A stretch of 64,000 nt of DNA from an uncultured delta proteobacterium (GTDB lineage: Bacteria; Desulfobacterota; Desulfobacteria; Desulfobacterales; Desulfosalsimonadaceae). The notes below the pieces were generated by a model. The model was not told where the DNA came from. It did not search any database and worked only from the letters and a program-made list of their open reading frames with translations. A program made the translations under genes and the position numbers. Below, in pieces: positions 29,615 to 39,523 of this stretch. Positions within the stretch are counted from its first letter, which is position 1, and every line of letters starts with the position of its first letter. The stretch covers positions 672,001-736,000 of the forward strand of contig CAWGYD010000001.1 in NCBI GenBank assembly GCA_963826785.1. The letters run 5' to 3'.

Positions 29615-30376
29615 TCAGGCCATTTTACGTCTGATGATAACAAAACTCAACCGTACACATGATAAAAAAATGTAGACCGATGCCATGCCGATTAATACCG
29701 TCAGCCGGTGGGTGTTGAATAGTGCCGTCCGGTCCCGGTGGATGCCGTTTAGCAGGGGGATGAGCAGCGTGACGGCGCCGTAGACCATGATCGGAAGGGG
29801 GGAGGGAAGGAAGGGCCGTCGGGGCGGGCGGATAAAGCGGCCGGCGATGTTCTGCCTGGGCGGCTTTCTCAACAGGTGATGGATCAGGTACAGGCCGGGC
29901 AGATAGATGAGTATGCCCATTATCCGGTGGGCGCTTTGCTGGCTGATCCACGCGGTATAAAAGTCTGCCCGGTAGAGCCACATGGAAATGATGATCCGGA
30001 CGGCATTGGCAAAAAGGGCGGCTCCATAGGCGACTGCGGCCGAAGCGATCAGCCATGCCGCCCTGTGCGCAGCTGTCTTGAACCGGGGCCATCCCGCAAT
30101 GGATGCCACGCAGAAGGCGATGATCAAAAAATTGATCCCCGCGCACGCCGGGGCGATGATGATTCCGGCGCCCGGGCAGACATATCCCAGCGCCGGGTCT
30201 GCTTCAAAAGCATTTCCAGTGGCCGCTTCCACCAGCAAGGCCGTTGGCATCAGGATCCAGGACAGATCCCGGGCGGTTGCATGGCTGAAATGGGCTTTGA
30301 GTAAAAACGCCGCCGCCAGCATCAAAATCCAGGGGAGCGCGGCCGCGGCTGAAAATTTTGCAGGCCGGCCATTCAT
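29615..30376 (-). CDS. xrtK: Exosortase K
   Basis: Multi-TM protein with LKxxFS...DLSWILxPTAxLVE, a catalytic Cys in IAPACAGINFL, Arg in ANAVRI and His in AHRIMG. ATG overlaps the stop of the PEP-CTERM gene. Confidence 0.8.
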   Translation of the reverse strand: MNGRPAKFSAAAALPWILMLAAAFLLKAHFSHATARDLSWILMPTALLVEAATGNAFEADPALGYVCPGAGIIIAPACAGINFLIIAFCVASIAGWPRFKTAAHRAAWLIASAAVAYGAALFANAVRIIISMWLYRADFYTAWISQQSAHRIMGILIYLPGLYLIHHLLRKPPRQNIAGRFIRPPRRPFLPSPLPIMVYGAVTLLIPLLNGIHRDRTALFNTHRLTVLIGMASVYIFLSCVRLSFVIIRRKMA

Positions 30377-32382
30377 AGGGGCGCTCCTTTCCTGCCGATG
30401 CGAGTGATGACCAACCCCCCCAGCACTGCGGCCATCAGCCAGATCAATTCCGGTTCGGGCACCGTGGCGCAGGTGCCGCCCACGGCCAGTTCCGACACGC
30501 CTTGGGGCAGCGGCAGGGGCTGGGTGACCTGCTGACTGGTGCCGGCGGGATTGGCAATGGTTTGGCTGACCGCCACAAATGCGGTATGGCGGGTCAGCAG
30601 GTGGTAGGTCAGCCCCAGGGTGGTGATCTCCCGGGCGGTTTCATCCGTATCTCCGGATGCGGGGAAATCGGACAGGCGGGTGATGCGGCTGCGGGCCCAC
30701 AGGTATTTGAGCGGGCCGTTAAACGATGATGAATCGGCATCCGCGGGAAAAAAGGTTCGTTTGAATTTTTCCGAACCCGTGGTGCCCGACAGGGTAATGG
30801 CCCCGGATTTGCCCCCCCGCCATTTGCCGAACACCACGATGGGACGTTTTGCAAACAGGTCGGGAATGGCGCGGGGTTCGACATCGTAGGCGTCAAAGTT
30901 TTCCATGTCCACACGGATACCGGTCATGAGGGGGTACTGGATGTATTCCTGGAATTTTTCCGCCGCGGCCGGTGCTTTTTCGGCATCGGTGACCACAAAT
31001 ATTTCTCCCAGGCCCGCCCGGGCCACTCCTTCGATCAGGTAGCGGTTTACGCTCGATCCGATGCCGAAGGCAAACACGTTGGCATCCCCCAGATGACCGG
31101 TGATCAGGTCGAATACCTCTCTTTCCGCGCCGATGTAGCCGTCAGTGACGATGACGATGGTGCGGGACATGTTTTCGGTCCGGGGCAGCAAAAGCGCCTT
31201 TTTCATGGCCGCCGCCAGTTCGGTGCCGCCGCCGCCTTCCTGGGAGCCGATCAGGGAAAGTGCGTCGCTCACCTGCTCCGGGCCGGCGGGCACCGAGGCC
31301 GGCGCCATGACGCTGGCCCCGCCGGCAAACAGGACCACGTTGAAGGTGTCGCCCGGACCGAGCGCTCCGATCAGGTTTTCAAGCAGCTTTTTGGAAATAT
31401 CCAAAGGAAATCCGTTCATGGAGCCGGACACGTCCACCACGAAGATGTATTCCCGGGGCAAAACCATCTCCGAAACGATGCGCCTGGGCGGCTCCACCAT
31501 CAGGGCAAAGAAGTTTTCGTCCTGGCCCTCATAGAGGAGCAGGCCCGATTCGATCCGGCTTCCGGACAGCCGGTAATTCAGTATGAAATCTTGGTTGGCC
31601 GCATTTTTTTCGTTTTTTGTCAGGCCGATCTCGCAGGCGGCGCTGTTTTGCCAGGAGATCTCGGTTTCATGGGTGTCGCAGCGCACCTCCTGCAGCGGGA
31701 TGCCAGTGGACAATTTGACGCGGATGTCCAGATCCGGCGGGCAGTCCGCGCCTTCTTTCATGTAGGGGTTTTTGATCCACCGATCTTCTTCCGCGGCAGC
31801 GGATTCGGAAATACCCGAATACCGGGGCCCCACCACGGTGGGAAAAACGAATTCATAGATGCCGTCCTCGGGAACCAGCAATTCGCAGTACTGGAGCCGG
31901 ATATCCACCTCGTCGCCCGGCATGATGTTGGCCACATCCATGGAAAAGACATTGGGCCGCTGCTGCTGGAGCAGGGATGCCCTTTTTCCTGCCTTTTTGG
32001 CCGCCTGGAAGGTTTTTTTGGCGGCGTCCTTTTCCTTGATCATAGCTGAAATCACCTTTTCGCCGATGGTCATGGACATTCCATGAACCGCGGCCCGGGT
32101 GGAGGCGGGAAAGATGTATGTTGCGCTGATGGGCTGTGTCCCGGCATTTCGGTATTTCTGGATGACCGTCACATCGGCCATGACGCCGCTGATGGCTGCG
32201 GTCACGGTTGTGTTTTTCAGGGGAAAGGCATCTGTCCCCTCATCCGTGTTTTCGATGAAAAAATAGGGGGCCAGGGTTTTGTCCGTATCCCGGGTTTCCC
32301 CCCAGGCGAGGCGCACCGGAAACACATAGAACAGGGCGAAGATCATCGAGAAAAGCAGGTGTAATCGAAACGGCGATTTCAT
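30373..32382 (-). CDS. Secreted VIT + vWA domain protein with a PEP-CTERM-type sorting signal
   Basis: ATG 32382 with AAGGAG RBS and a signal peptide; VIT domain (YIFPASTRAAV, ASLLQQQRPNVF); MIDAS DVSGS and TDG; tail VPEP + hydrophobic helix + basic RIGRK. Confidence 0.88.
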   Translation of the reverse strand: MKSPFRLHLLFSMIFALFYVFPVRLAWGETRDTDKTLAPYFFIENTDEGTDAFPLKNTTVTAAISGVMADVTVIQKYRNAGTQPISATYIFPASTRAAVHGMSMTIGEKVISAMIKEKDAAKKTFQAAKKAGKRASLLQQQRPNVFSMDVANIMPGDEVDIRLQYCELLVPEDGIYEFVFPTVVGPRYSGISESAAAEEDRWIKNPYMKEGADCPPDLDIRVKLSTGIPLQEVRCDTHETEISWQNSAACEIGLTKNEKNAANQDFILNYRLSGSRIESGLLLYEGQDENFFALMVEPPRRIVSEMVLPREYIFVVDVSGSMNGFPLDISKKLLENLIGALGPGDTFNVVLFAGGASVMAPASVPAGPEQVSDALSLIGSQEGGGGTELAAAMKKALLLPRTENMSRTIVIVTDGYIGAEREVFDLITGHLGDANVFAFGIGSSVNRYLIEGVARAGLGEIFVVTDAEKAPAAAEKFQEYIQYPLMTGIRVDMENFDAYDVEPRAIPDLFAKRPIVVFGKWRGGKSGAITLSGTTGSEKFKRTFFPADADSSSFNGPLKYLWARSRITRLSDFPASGDTDETAREITTLGLTYHLLTRHTAFVAVSQTIANPAGTSQQVTQPLPLPQGVSELAVGGTCATVPEPELIWLMAAVLGGLVITRIGRKGAPL

Positions 32383-32446
32383 GAAAAGCTCCTTTGGCTC
32401 TAAAGAATATGGATGTGAATCAATGAACGGATGATCTGCCGTAAAC

Positions 32447-32484
32447 ATGAAGTGAATATGAACCGGACATGAAATCGGGATGAA
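32447..32484 (-). promoter_or_regulatory. Four TTCAT boxes at an 11-bp period (cre-tag-like), candidate CreB site
   Basis: Plus-strand ATGAA at 32447, 32458, 32469 and 32480, 65-102 nt upstream of the VIT gene ATG. Confidence 0.65.
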
Positions 32485-32616
32485 AAATGCATATGTTTGT
32501 CTATGATCGTGCTGATTACAGGTGAACGTGAACTGAAAATCGCCTGTGATCACCCAAGGAGATTGCGCAAGGCGGGGTTTTGCATTTATGATTTCGGATT
32601 GCAGAAAGGAGGGGAT

Positions 32617-33594
32617 ATGATCAAAACGGCCATCACGGAATTTTTCGGGGTGGAAAAACCCGTCGTTCAGGGCGGGCTCATGTGGATCGCCAGGGCCGAG
32701 CTGACCTCGGCGGTCGCCAATGCGGGGGCGATGGGGTTCATGACCGCCCTGACCTTTCCCGACCCCGAGGACCTGCGGGCGGAGATCCGCAAATGCCGAT
32801 CGCTCACCGACAAGCCCTTCGGGATCAACCTGACCTTTCTGCCCACCCTCACGCCGCCGGATTATCCCGGCTACATCCGGGTGTGCATCGAAGAGGAGAT
32901 CCGATTCATCGAAACCGCCGGGAACAATCCCGAACCGTACATGGATCAGATCAAGTCCGCCGGCATCAAGGTGCTGCACAAGTGCACCAGCGTGCGCCAT
33001 GCACTAAAGGCGCAGCGGGTGGGGTGCGATGCGGTGGGGATCGACGGGTTCGAGGCCGCCGGGCACCCCGGCGAAGACGACGTCACCTCCCTGATCCTGG
33101 TGCCGCTGACCCGGGATGCCATCTCCCTGCCGCTGATCGCCTCGGGCGGGTTTGCCGACGGCCGGGGCCTGGCCGCAGCCCTTTCTCTGGGCGCGGACGG
33201 CATGAACATGGGGACCCGGTTCGTGGCCACCAAAGAAGCTCCGGTGCACGATCATGTCAAGCAGGCCCTGGTGAATGGCGGCGAACTCGACACGCGTTTG
33301 ATCATGCGGACCCTGCGCAACACGGAGCGGGTGCTCCACAACACGGCGGCCGAGAAGGTGCTTGAAATCGAACAGCAGGAAGGGGAAACCCGCATCGAGG
33401 ATATCGTCCCCTATGTGGCCGGCCGGGTGGGAAAAGAAATGCTGAAAGACGGCAACATGGAAAGCGGCACCCTGTCGGCGGGCCAGAGCATGGGCCTGAT
33501 CCGGGACATTCCCACGGTGGCCCAACTGCTGGAGCGCATCATGAACCAGGCCGAAGCCATCCTCAGGGAAAACCACGGGAGGATGGCGGTCTGA
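32617..33594 (+). CDS. Nitronate monooxygenase / FabK-like flavin oxidoreductase
   Basis: PVVQGGL, AVANAG, TDKPFGINL, GFEAAGHPG, ASGGFADGRG and MGTRF. GGAGG RBS. Confidence 0.9.
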   Translation: MIKTAITEFFGVEKPVVQGGLMWIARAELTSAVANAGAMGFMTALTFPDPEDLRAEIRKCRSLTDKPFGINLTFLPTLTPPDYPGYIRVCIEEEIRFIETAGNNPEPYMDQIKSAGIKVLHKCTSVRHALKAQRVGCDAVGIDGFEAAGHPGEDDVTSLILVPLTRDAISLPLIASGGFADGRGLAAALSLGADGMNMGTRFVATKEAPVHDHVKQALVNGGELDTRLIMRTLRNTERVLHNTAAEKVLEIEQQEGETRIEDIVPYVAGRVGKEMLKDGNMESGTLSAGQSMGLIRDIPTVAQLLERIMNQAEAILRENHGRMAV

Positions 33595-33596
33595 AC

Positions 33597-33857
33597 ATGA
33601 ACGCGCCCACGCCGGCCGACAAAAAGCGGATCAAAATCCTCTTCTGGGTACTGTCGCCTTTTTTATTTGTGGCGTTTTTGCGCCTGGTTTTCCTGGTGAG
33701 CTTTTTTATTTACGGCCAGATCTTTCTGCTGGTTGCCGGCCGGCAATTCACCCGCGCGGTGCTGGTGGTCTCCCTGGCCACGTCGGTCGGACTAACCGCC
33801 GGGGGTGTCGTGGTCCTCTACCGCCAGCTCAAACGCCATATTTTAGAAGAGGGATGA
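33597..33857 (+). CDS. Small membrane hypothetical protein
   Basis: 86 aa with two hydrophobic segments, starting 2 nt after the upstream stop. Confidence 0.6.
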   Translation: MNAPTPADKKRIKILFWVLSPFLFVAFLRLVFLVSFFIYGQIFLLVAGRQFTRAVLVVSLATSVGLTAGGVVVLYRQLKRHILEEG

Positions 33858-33969
33858 CAAACATTGGAATCTGTCGTACTAAGGGTCTGTCCAGAAATAT
33901 GTGTTAGACGAAGCCGGTTTCGCTGGGTCGCACCATTTCAGTCATCTATAAAATCGAGGAGGCGGGGTT

Positions 33970-35703
33970 ATGAACGGCGGTGAACAAATTGCCCGGGTAC
34001 TGAAGCACCATGGGGTGAAGTTTCTGTTTACGCTCTGCGGGGGGCATATCTCCCCCATCCTGGTGGAAGCCAAAAAACAGGGCATCCGGATCATCGATGT
34101 CCGCCAGGAACCCACCGCCGTATTTGCGGCCGATGCCGTCTCCCGGCTCACCGGGATTCCGGGCGTGGCCGCCGTCACCGCCGGGCCGGGGGTGACCAAT
34201 TCCATCACCGCCGTCAAGAATGCCCAGATGGCCCAGTCGCCCCTGGTGCTCATCGGCGGGGCCCCGGCCACGGCATTGAAAGGCAAAGGCGCATTGCAGG
34301 ACATCGATCAGCTCGGGCTGTTTTCCACCCTGGTGAAATGGTCGGCCTCCATCACCCGGGACTGCGACATCGCGCCGGTGATGGAGGAAGCCTTCGATGC
34401 CGCCGTGTCCGGCGTGCCCGGACCCGTGTTCATCGAGTGTCCCGTGGACCTGCTCTATGACGCAGAACTGGTGCGGGAATGGTACGTGCAGAAGACGGGC
34501 AAACCCCGGGGCATCAAGGAGAGGGCCGTCCGCTGGTACCTGCGCCGGCACGTGGATAAGCTTTTCGCCTGCTCGCCCAAGAGCCTCGACCTGGCCGAAC
34601 AGGAATCCATCACGCCGTTTTCAGTGGACACGCAACAGGTCGCCGATGCCGCCGCACGGGTCCTTGCGGCGAGCAGGCCGGTGATGGTCATCGGCAGCCA
34701 GGCCATGCTCCGGGTGGATATCGTGGAAAAACTGGCGGGCCAGTTGAGCCAGTTTAACATGCCGGTTTATCTCACCGGCATGGCCCGGGGGCTGCTGGGG
34801 GCCGATCATCCCCTTCAGTTCAAGCACAGCCGGTCCAGGGCGCTCAAGGAAGCCGATCTGGTGATCATCGCCGGCATGCCCTGCGACTTCCGGCTGGACT
34901 ACGGCAGAAGCATCGGCAAAAAAGCCTTTTACATCGCGATAAACCGCAGCGAAGCGGACCTTAAGAAGAACCGGAAGCCGGACATGGCCATCCATGCGGA
35001 CCCGGGCACCTTTCTGCTGGAGTTGACCGCCCGGACCCGGCTTGACCTGAAACGGCTGCGGGAATGGAGCGATCAGCTGCGGGACCGGGAGCGCCAGGGA
35101 GAGGAAAAAATCGTTGAATTTTCCACCGTGGAAACCGAGCATGCCAATCCCCTCAACCTGTGCCGGCGCATCGATTCCGCTTTGGACCGAAACAGTATCA
35201 TCGTGGGAGACGGCGGGGATTTCGTTGCCACGGCATCATATACCGTCAAACCCCGGGGACCGCTTTCCTGGCTAGATCCCGGCGCCTACGGCACCCTGGG
35301 GGTGGGGGCCGGGTTCGCCCTGGCGGCCAAGCTGGTCCGGCCCGAGGCGGAAGTCTGGCTTCTTTACGGCGACGGCGCGGCCGGATACGGGCTGATCGAG
35401 CAGGACACCTTTGTCCGGCATCGGCTCCCGGTGATCACCATCATTGGAAACGACGCCGGCTGGACCCAGATCGCCCGTGACCAGTCCGTGATCCTGGGCG
35501 ATGACGTGGGCACCGTGCTCAAACACAGCGCCTACCACTGGATGGCCGAAGCGCTGGATGCCAAGGGGTACGTCATCAAAAAGGATGACGATATCGACGA
35601 AATCCTTGAGAGCGCGAAATATGCCGCCTCAAACGGACATCCGGTGCTGGTCAATGCCCTGATGGGAAAAACCGATTACCGCCGGGGATCGATTTCCATG
35701 TAA
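33970..35703 (+). CDS. Thiamine pyrophosphate-binding protein (acetolactate synthase-like / ILVBL-type)
   Basis: [10 protein letters not shown], catalytic Glu in [21 protein letters not shown], and the ThDP motif GDGAAG...GND. Confidence 0.9.
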   Translation: MNGGEQIARVLKHHGVKFLFTLCGGHISPILVEAKKQGIRIIDVRQEPTAVFAADAVSRLTGIPGVAAVTAGPGVTNSITAVKNAQMAQSPLVLIGGAPATALKGKGALQDIDQLGLFSTLVKWSASITRDCDIAPVMEEAFDAAVSGVPGPVFIECPVDLLYDAELVREWYVQKTGKPRGIKERAVRWYLRRHVDKLFACSPKSLDLAEQESITPFSVDTQQVADAAARVLAASRPVMVIGSQAMLRVDIVEKLAGQLSQFNMPVYLTGMARGLLGADHPLQFKHSRSRALKEADLVIIAGMPCDFRLDYGRSIGKKAFYIAINRSEADLKKNRKPDMAIHADPGTFLLELTARTRLDLKRLREWSDQLRDRERQGEEKIVEFSTVETEHANPLNLCRRIDSALDRNSIIVGDGGDFVATASYTVKPRGPLSWLDPGAYGTLGVGAGFALAAKLVRPEAEVWLLYGDGAAGYGLIEQDTFVRHRLPVITIIGNDAGWTQIARDQSVILGDDVGTVLKHSAYHWMAEALDAKGYVIKKDDDIDEILESAKYAASNGHPVLVNALMGKTDYRRGSISM

Positions 35704-36012
35704 GGGAAGTCGGGAAATCAATTTCTGACAGGGCACAAAATCGCAGATGCGTTTCTTGCATGCAAAAAAAGATCGGGAAAAAAAACCGATCAGCGAAAAC
35801 TTTATTTTTCAGCCCGAATCCATCAGACCCCGGCCATCCGGCCCTTTGTGCAAGGGATCGCTTGGGTGACGCTTTTTTCTCATGTAAAAAGGGGTTGATC
35901 TTGCCGCTTTGAAATTGTATTTTCCAACCTTATTTTAAAGTTCGTTCTTTTCACACCCCTTCCAGAAAATGTGCATTCATCCGACTCCGGGGTATCAACA
36001 AGAAAGATTGCT

Positions 36013-37416
36013 ATGAAAGAGAATGCAATTTCCGACAACCCTTCCCGCAGCCGTGCAGCACATATGGCTCGAGCGGCTGAATCCGAAATCGGCCGGCTTC
36101 CGGACGATTTGCAGCAGCTGGTCCGCAATCTTCAAGGCTGGCTGATGGAGCTTGAAAATGAGAATGCCGCGCTGCGCCGGTCTGAAAAGGATCGGATGCA
36201 GTCCGAGGACATGCTGCGCAAGTCTTACGAAGACCTGGAATCAAAAATTCAGGAACGGACCCAGGAGCTTGCCGCGTCCAACCGGGAGCTCCTCCGGCGA
36301 TCGGAGCAGCTCGCCCGGCTGTCGTCGGAACTCACCCTGGCTGAACAGCGGGAGCGCCGCCGCCTGGCCGCATTTCTACACGATCATCTCCAGCAGCTCC
36401 TGGTGGGGGCCAAGATCGGCCTGGAGGTGCTGCAGCACCGGGTCCGGGCGGAGCACCGGACATCTGTTGAGCAGATCCTGGACCTGGTTTTAAAAACGAT
36501 CAAGGCCTCCAGGTCCTTGACCGCCGAACTTTCCCCGCCGATCCTGTATGAAGGCGGGCTTTGCGCCGCTCTGGAGTGGCTGGCCCGTTGGATGAACGAA
36601 AATCATGACTTTACGGTAATTCTGCAGGCGGATGCCAAGCTCGACACCGAGCGGGAAGATATGAATGTGCTGCTGTTTCAGTCCATCCGGGAACTTTTGC
36701 TCAATGCGGTCAAGCATTCCGGGGAAAAATCGGCAAATATCGAAATGCGGGCGGATGAATCCGGTTTTTTGCGCATCCGGGTCAGTGATCAGGGTTCGGG
36801 GTTCGACCCGGATGATATCGGTAAATCCGCCAATGAGGTCGCCGGCTTCGGTCTGTTGAGCATCCGGGAGCGTCTGGCCCTTCTGGGGGGCCGCCTCGAT
36901 GTGGAAAGCGCGCCGGGCCGGGGCTCGGCTTTTACGCTGGTGGCGCCCATGGGAAAGACGGAAACCGAAGCGATCGCACCGGAAATCCGGGAACGGAGAA
37001 AGGCGCCGCTGGATCATCGGGCGCCTGCTGCGGCCGGCATAAAAGAGACCGGCCGCAAGATCCGCCTGATGCTGGTGGATGACCATTCGGTCATGCGCCA
37101 GGGGCTGTCCTCCCTGTTGAGTTTTCATTATGATATTGAAATCGTGGGGGAAGCATCGGATGGCGAAGCGGCGGTGGAACTGGCGCGAAAGATTTGTCCG
37201 GATGTGATCCTGATGGATATCAGCATGCCGAAGATGAACGGCATCGAGGCGACCCGGATCATTCACTCGGAATCGCCCCAGATCCGCATTGTCGGCCTTT
37301 CCATGTTCGATGCCGCCGACCAGCAGTCCGCCATGAAAGCGGCGGGCGCTGCCGCCTACTGCGCCAAGAGCGGCCGCACCGACGAGTTGATGGCCGCCAT
37401 CCGGAATGAAATCTAA
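36013..37416 (+). CDS. Hybrid histidine kinase (HisKA_3, HATPase, receiver) with no evident sensor domain
   Basis: AEQRERRRLAAFLHDHLQQLL, RELLLNAVKHS, GFGLLSIRER and a receiver LVDDH...MDISMPKMNG. Confidence 0.9.
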   Translation: MKENAISDNPSRSRAAHMARAAESEIGRLPDDLQQLVRNLQGWLMELENENAALRRSEKDRMQSEDMLRKSYEDLESKIQERTQELAASNRELLRRSEQLARLSSELTLAEQRERRRLAAFLHDHLQQLLVGAKIGLEVLQHRVRAEHRTSVEQILDLVLKTIKASRSLTAELSPPILYEGGLCAALEWLARWMNENHDFTVILQADAKLDTEREDMNVLLFQSIRELLLNAVKHSGEKSANIEMRADESGFLRIRVSDQGSGFDPDDIGKSANEVAGFGLLSIRERLALLGGRLDVESAPGRGSAFTLVAPMGKTETEAIAPEIRERRKAPLDHRAPAAAGIKETGRKIRLMLVDDHSVMRQGLSSLLSFHYDIEIVGEASDGEAAVELARKICPDVILMDISMPKMNGIEATRIIHSESPQIRIVGLSMFDAADQQSAMKAAGAAAYCAKSGRTDELMAAIRNEI

Positions 37417-37419
37417 AAG

Positions 37420-37758
37420 TTACTGATACTTGCTGATCTTGTCCTCGATCTGGGCCAGGACCCCTCTCACCTCGGCCTTGGAGAAACCCTGCTCCATCAG
37501 GCAGTCCGTGAACGTCCCGTAGATCCGGTTGCGCTGGGCCACCGAAACCTGGCCGGTGCGCGCGCCGTAAACGGCGTTTTCCACATCCGATACCATGGAT
37601 TCACAACCTGCCGGAACGGGGGGAATATCGGTGGTGACGATATATTCCTCCTCCGCATCTTCGTTATCCATCGCCGCACCGGCAAAGAAATGCTGGTAGC
37701 CAAAATACCCGATGACAATCACCACCACCAGAATGGCCAGATTCTTGAGTTTCTCCAT
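37420..37758 (-). CDS. Hypothetical exported protein
   Basis: N-terminal TM anchor and two Cys. AAGGAGG RBS; lies downstream of the co-oriented oxidoreductase. Confidence 0.7.
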   Translation of the reverse strand: MEKLKNLAILVVVIVIGYFGYQHFFAGAAMDNEDAEEEYIVTTDIPPVPAGCESMVSDVENAVYGARTGQVSVAQRNRIYGTFTDCLMEQGFSKAEVRGVLAQIEDKISKYQ

Positions 37759-37782
37759 GAATTTCCTCCTTGCGTTTTGTCA

Positions 37783-38943
37783 TTATCCCACTTTTACCGT
37801 CGCCGGAATCCGCCGGGAAAAAATCTCCACGGTTTCGGCCACCAGCTCTTCCAGGACCTGGCGGGCCGGCTTGATCTCGTGAATGATCCCCGATACCTGC
37901 CCGGCCAGGCCGCCCACGTATTCCTTTTTGTCCGCCTGGATAAAGGCGGTGAGCAGGTAGGAGGAAAGCAGCACCTGGATGGGGAAGGGGAGCGGGGGCA
38001 GTCCGGACTGGTCCCACAGGTCGTGGAACTTGTTGTAGCTGGCCCGCAGGGTCTTGCCGGTATATGCCGTGGAAACCCGGGTGTCTTCGTCCGTGGAATC
38101 CAGGATGCGCTGCTTGTTGATGGCGGACGCGCCGCCTTCATGGGTGGCTAAAAAACGGGTGCCGATCCACACCCCGATGCACCCCATAGCCAGGGCCGCG
38201 GCCACTCCCCGGCCGTCGCCGATGCCGCCGGCCGCCAGCACGGGAACGGGCTTTGCCGCATCCAGGGCAGCCGGCAGCAGGGCCATGGTCCCGATGCGGC
38301 CGGTATGTCCTCCCCCTTCGTGTCCCTGGGCCACCAGCAGGTCCAGGCCCGAATCGGCCATCCGCCTGGCGTTTTTGGCATTTCCGGTGATGCCGAGCAC
38401 CTTCATCCCTGCCGCGTGGGCCTGCTCAACCATGAAGCCGGGGTTGCCCAGCCCGGCGCAGAACAGGGGAACTTTTTCTTCGATGCACACCGCCACCGCC
38501 TGCCGGGGAAACATGGTGGTGGTGTTGAGCTTGATCACGGATTGTACATCCGGCAGCTGCATTTCCGCGCTGATCCGGTCCAGCCATTCCTGGTATTGAC
38601 TGGGAAGCGTCCGGATGGCATCCTTTAACGCCATTTCGGTGACCCCCGCGCCCGCCGCCGCTTCGGCACCTTGAGAAGATACGCTCTTGGGCAGGAGCAG
38701 GTCCACTCCAAAAGGCTTGTCCGTGAGCTTCCGGATTTCCCGGATGGCGTCTCGCAGCTCGTCCACGGTAAAACCGCTTCCGCCCAGCACGCCCATGCCG
38801 CCGGCTTCTGAAACCGCCACCACCAGTTCCACCGGTGCGCCGGTGGTCTCCCCGATGAGCGTGGGGCCCATCCCGGCGCTCAAGATCGGATATTCGATCC
38901 CCAGAAGGTCGCATAAACCCGTGCGCAATACCCTTTTTCCCAT
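37783..38943 (-). CDS. Nitronate monooxygenase / FabK-like flavin oxidoreductase
   Basis: YPILSAGMG, AVSEAGG, TDKPFGVDL, GHEGGGHTG, AAGGIGDGRG and IGTRF. Confidence 0.9.
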   Translation of the reverse strand: MGKRVLRTGLCDLLGIEYPILSAGMGPTLIGETTGAPVELVVAVSEAGGMGVLGGSGFTVDELRDAIREIRKLTDKPFGVDLLLPKSVSSQGAEAAAGAGVTEMALKDAIRTLPSQYQEWLDRISAEMQLPDVQSVIKLNTTTMFPRQAVAVCIEEKVPLFCAGLGNPGFMVEQAHAAGMKVLGITGNAKNARRMADSGLDLLVAQGHEGGGHTGRIGTMALLPAALDAAKPVPVLAAGGIGDGRGVAAALAMGCIGVWIGTRFLATHEGGASAINKQRILDSTDEDTRVSTAYTGKTLRASYNKFHDLWDQSGLPPLPFPIQVLLSSYLLTAFIQADKKEYVGGLAGQVSGIIHEIKPARQVLEELVAETVEIFSRRIPATVKVG

Positions 38944-39049
38944 AAGCGCCCCCTTGTTTTTCTTGGTTGATCGTCTATGACAAAAAACCGGTTTCTGGCT
39001 TCACCCGTTAAAGGGTGCCCCCCCTCTTCCTTTCTTTACAGATGCTTAA

Positions 39050-39523
39050 TTACTCCAGATGCTTGTGTTCCGGAATCTGCCGGCGCCGTCCGGCAATCCG
39101 GATATACAGATGACTGCCTTCCTCTTCGATGATATCGGCAAGCTTCACCATGGCCGGTTCGCTAAACTTGATCAGGTCATTTTCGTATATCAGGTAAAGG
39201 ATGTCGCTGCAGATGAACAGGGTTTCCGGATCGAGCAGGATCTGGCGGGTGGTGTTGAGCACCAGCGTCACCTCATCTTCGATGATCACGTCAAAGACGA
39301 AATAGGCGGTTTCCTCACAGGGAAAATAGACTTTTTCAAATACCTCCCCATTGTCCTGTGAAATGAAAAATCCGTTTTCATCCTTTCCAATGGAGCGGTT
39401 GAAGTGCTCTATGATCTTCTTATGCTGAAACCGGCCGCCGTCATTAAACCAGTTTCCGCGGCCGTCCATCCAGAATACCGCTTCTTCTTTGGAAATGATG
39501 ATTTCTCTGCGCTGCTGCGCCAT
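39050..39523 (-). CDS. Hypothetical protein (DUF1285-like)
   Basis: FWMDGRGNWFNDG...F...I and EKVYFPCEETAYFV resemble the DUF1285 N-terminus. Confidence 0.65.
   Translation of the reverse strand: MAQQRREIIISKEEAVFWMDGRGNWFNDGGRFQHKKIIEHFNRSIGKDENGFFISQDNGEVFEKVYFPCEETAYFVFDVIIEDEVTLVLNTTRQILLDPETLFICSDILYLIYENDLIKFSEPAMVKLADIIEEEGSHLYIRIAGRRRQIPEHKHLE

Noticed and set aside
32383..33000. 206-aa N-terminal extension of the VIT ORF in the ORF track
   Set aside because: It overlaps the opposite-strand oxidoreductase and the regulatory region. ATG 32382 has an AAGGAG RBS and starts a signal peptide.
35702..35760. AAGGGAAGTCGG resembling the start of a cobalamin riboswitch core
   Set aside because: The following hairpin, the GCAACTGT element and the B12 box are missing, and the downstream gene is unrelated.
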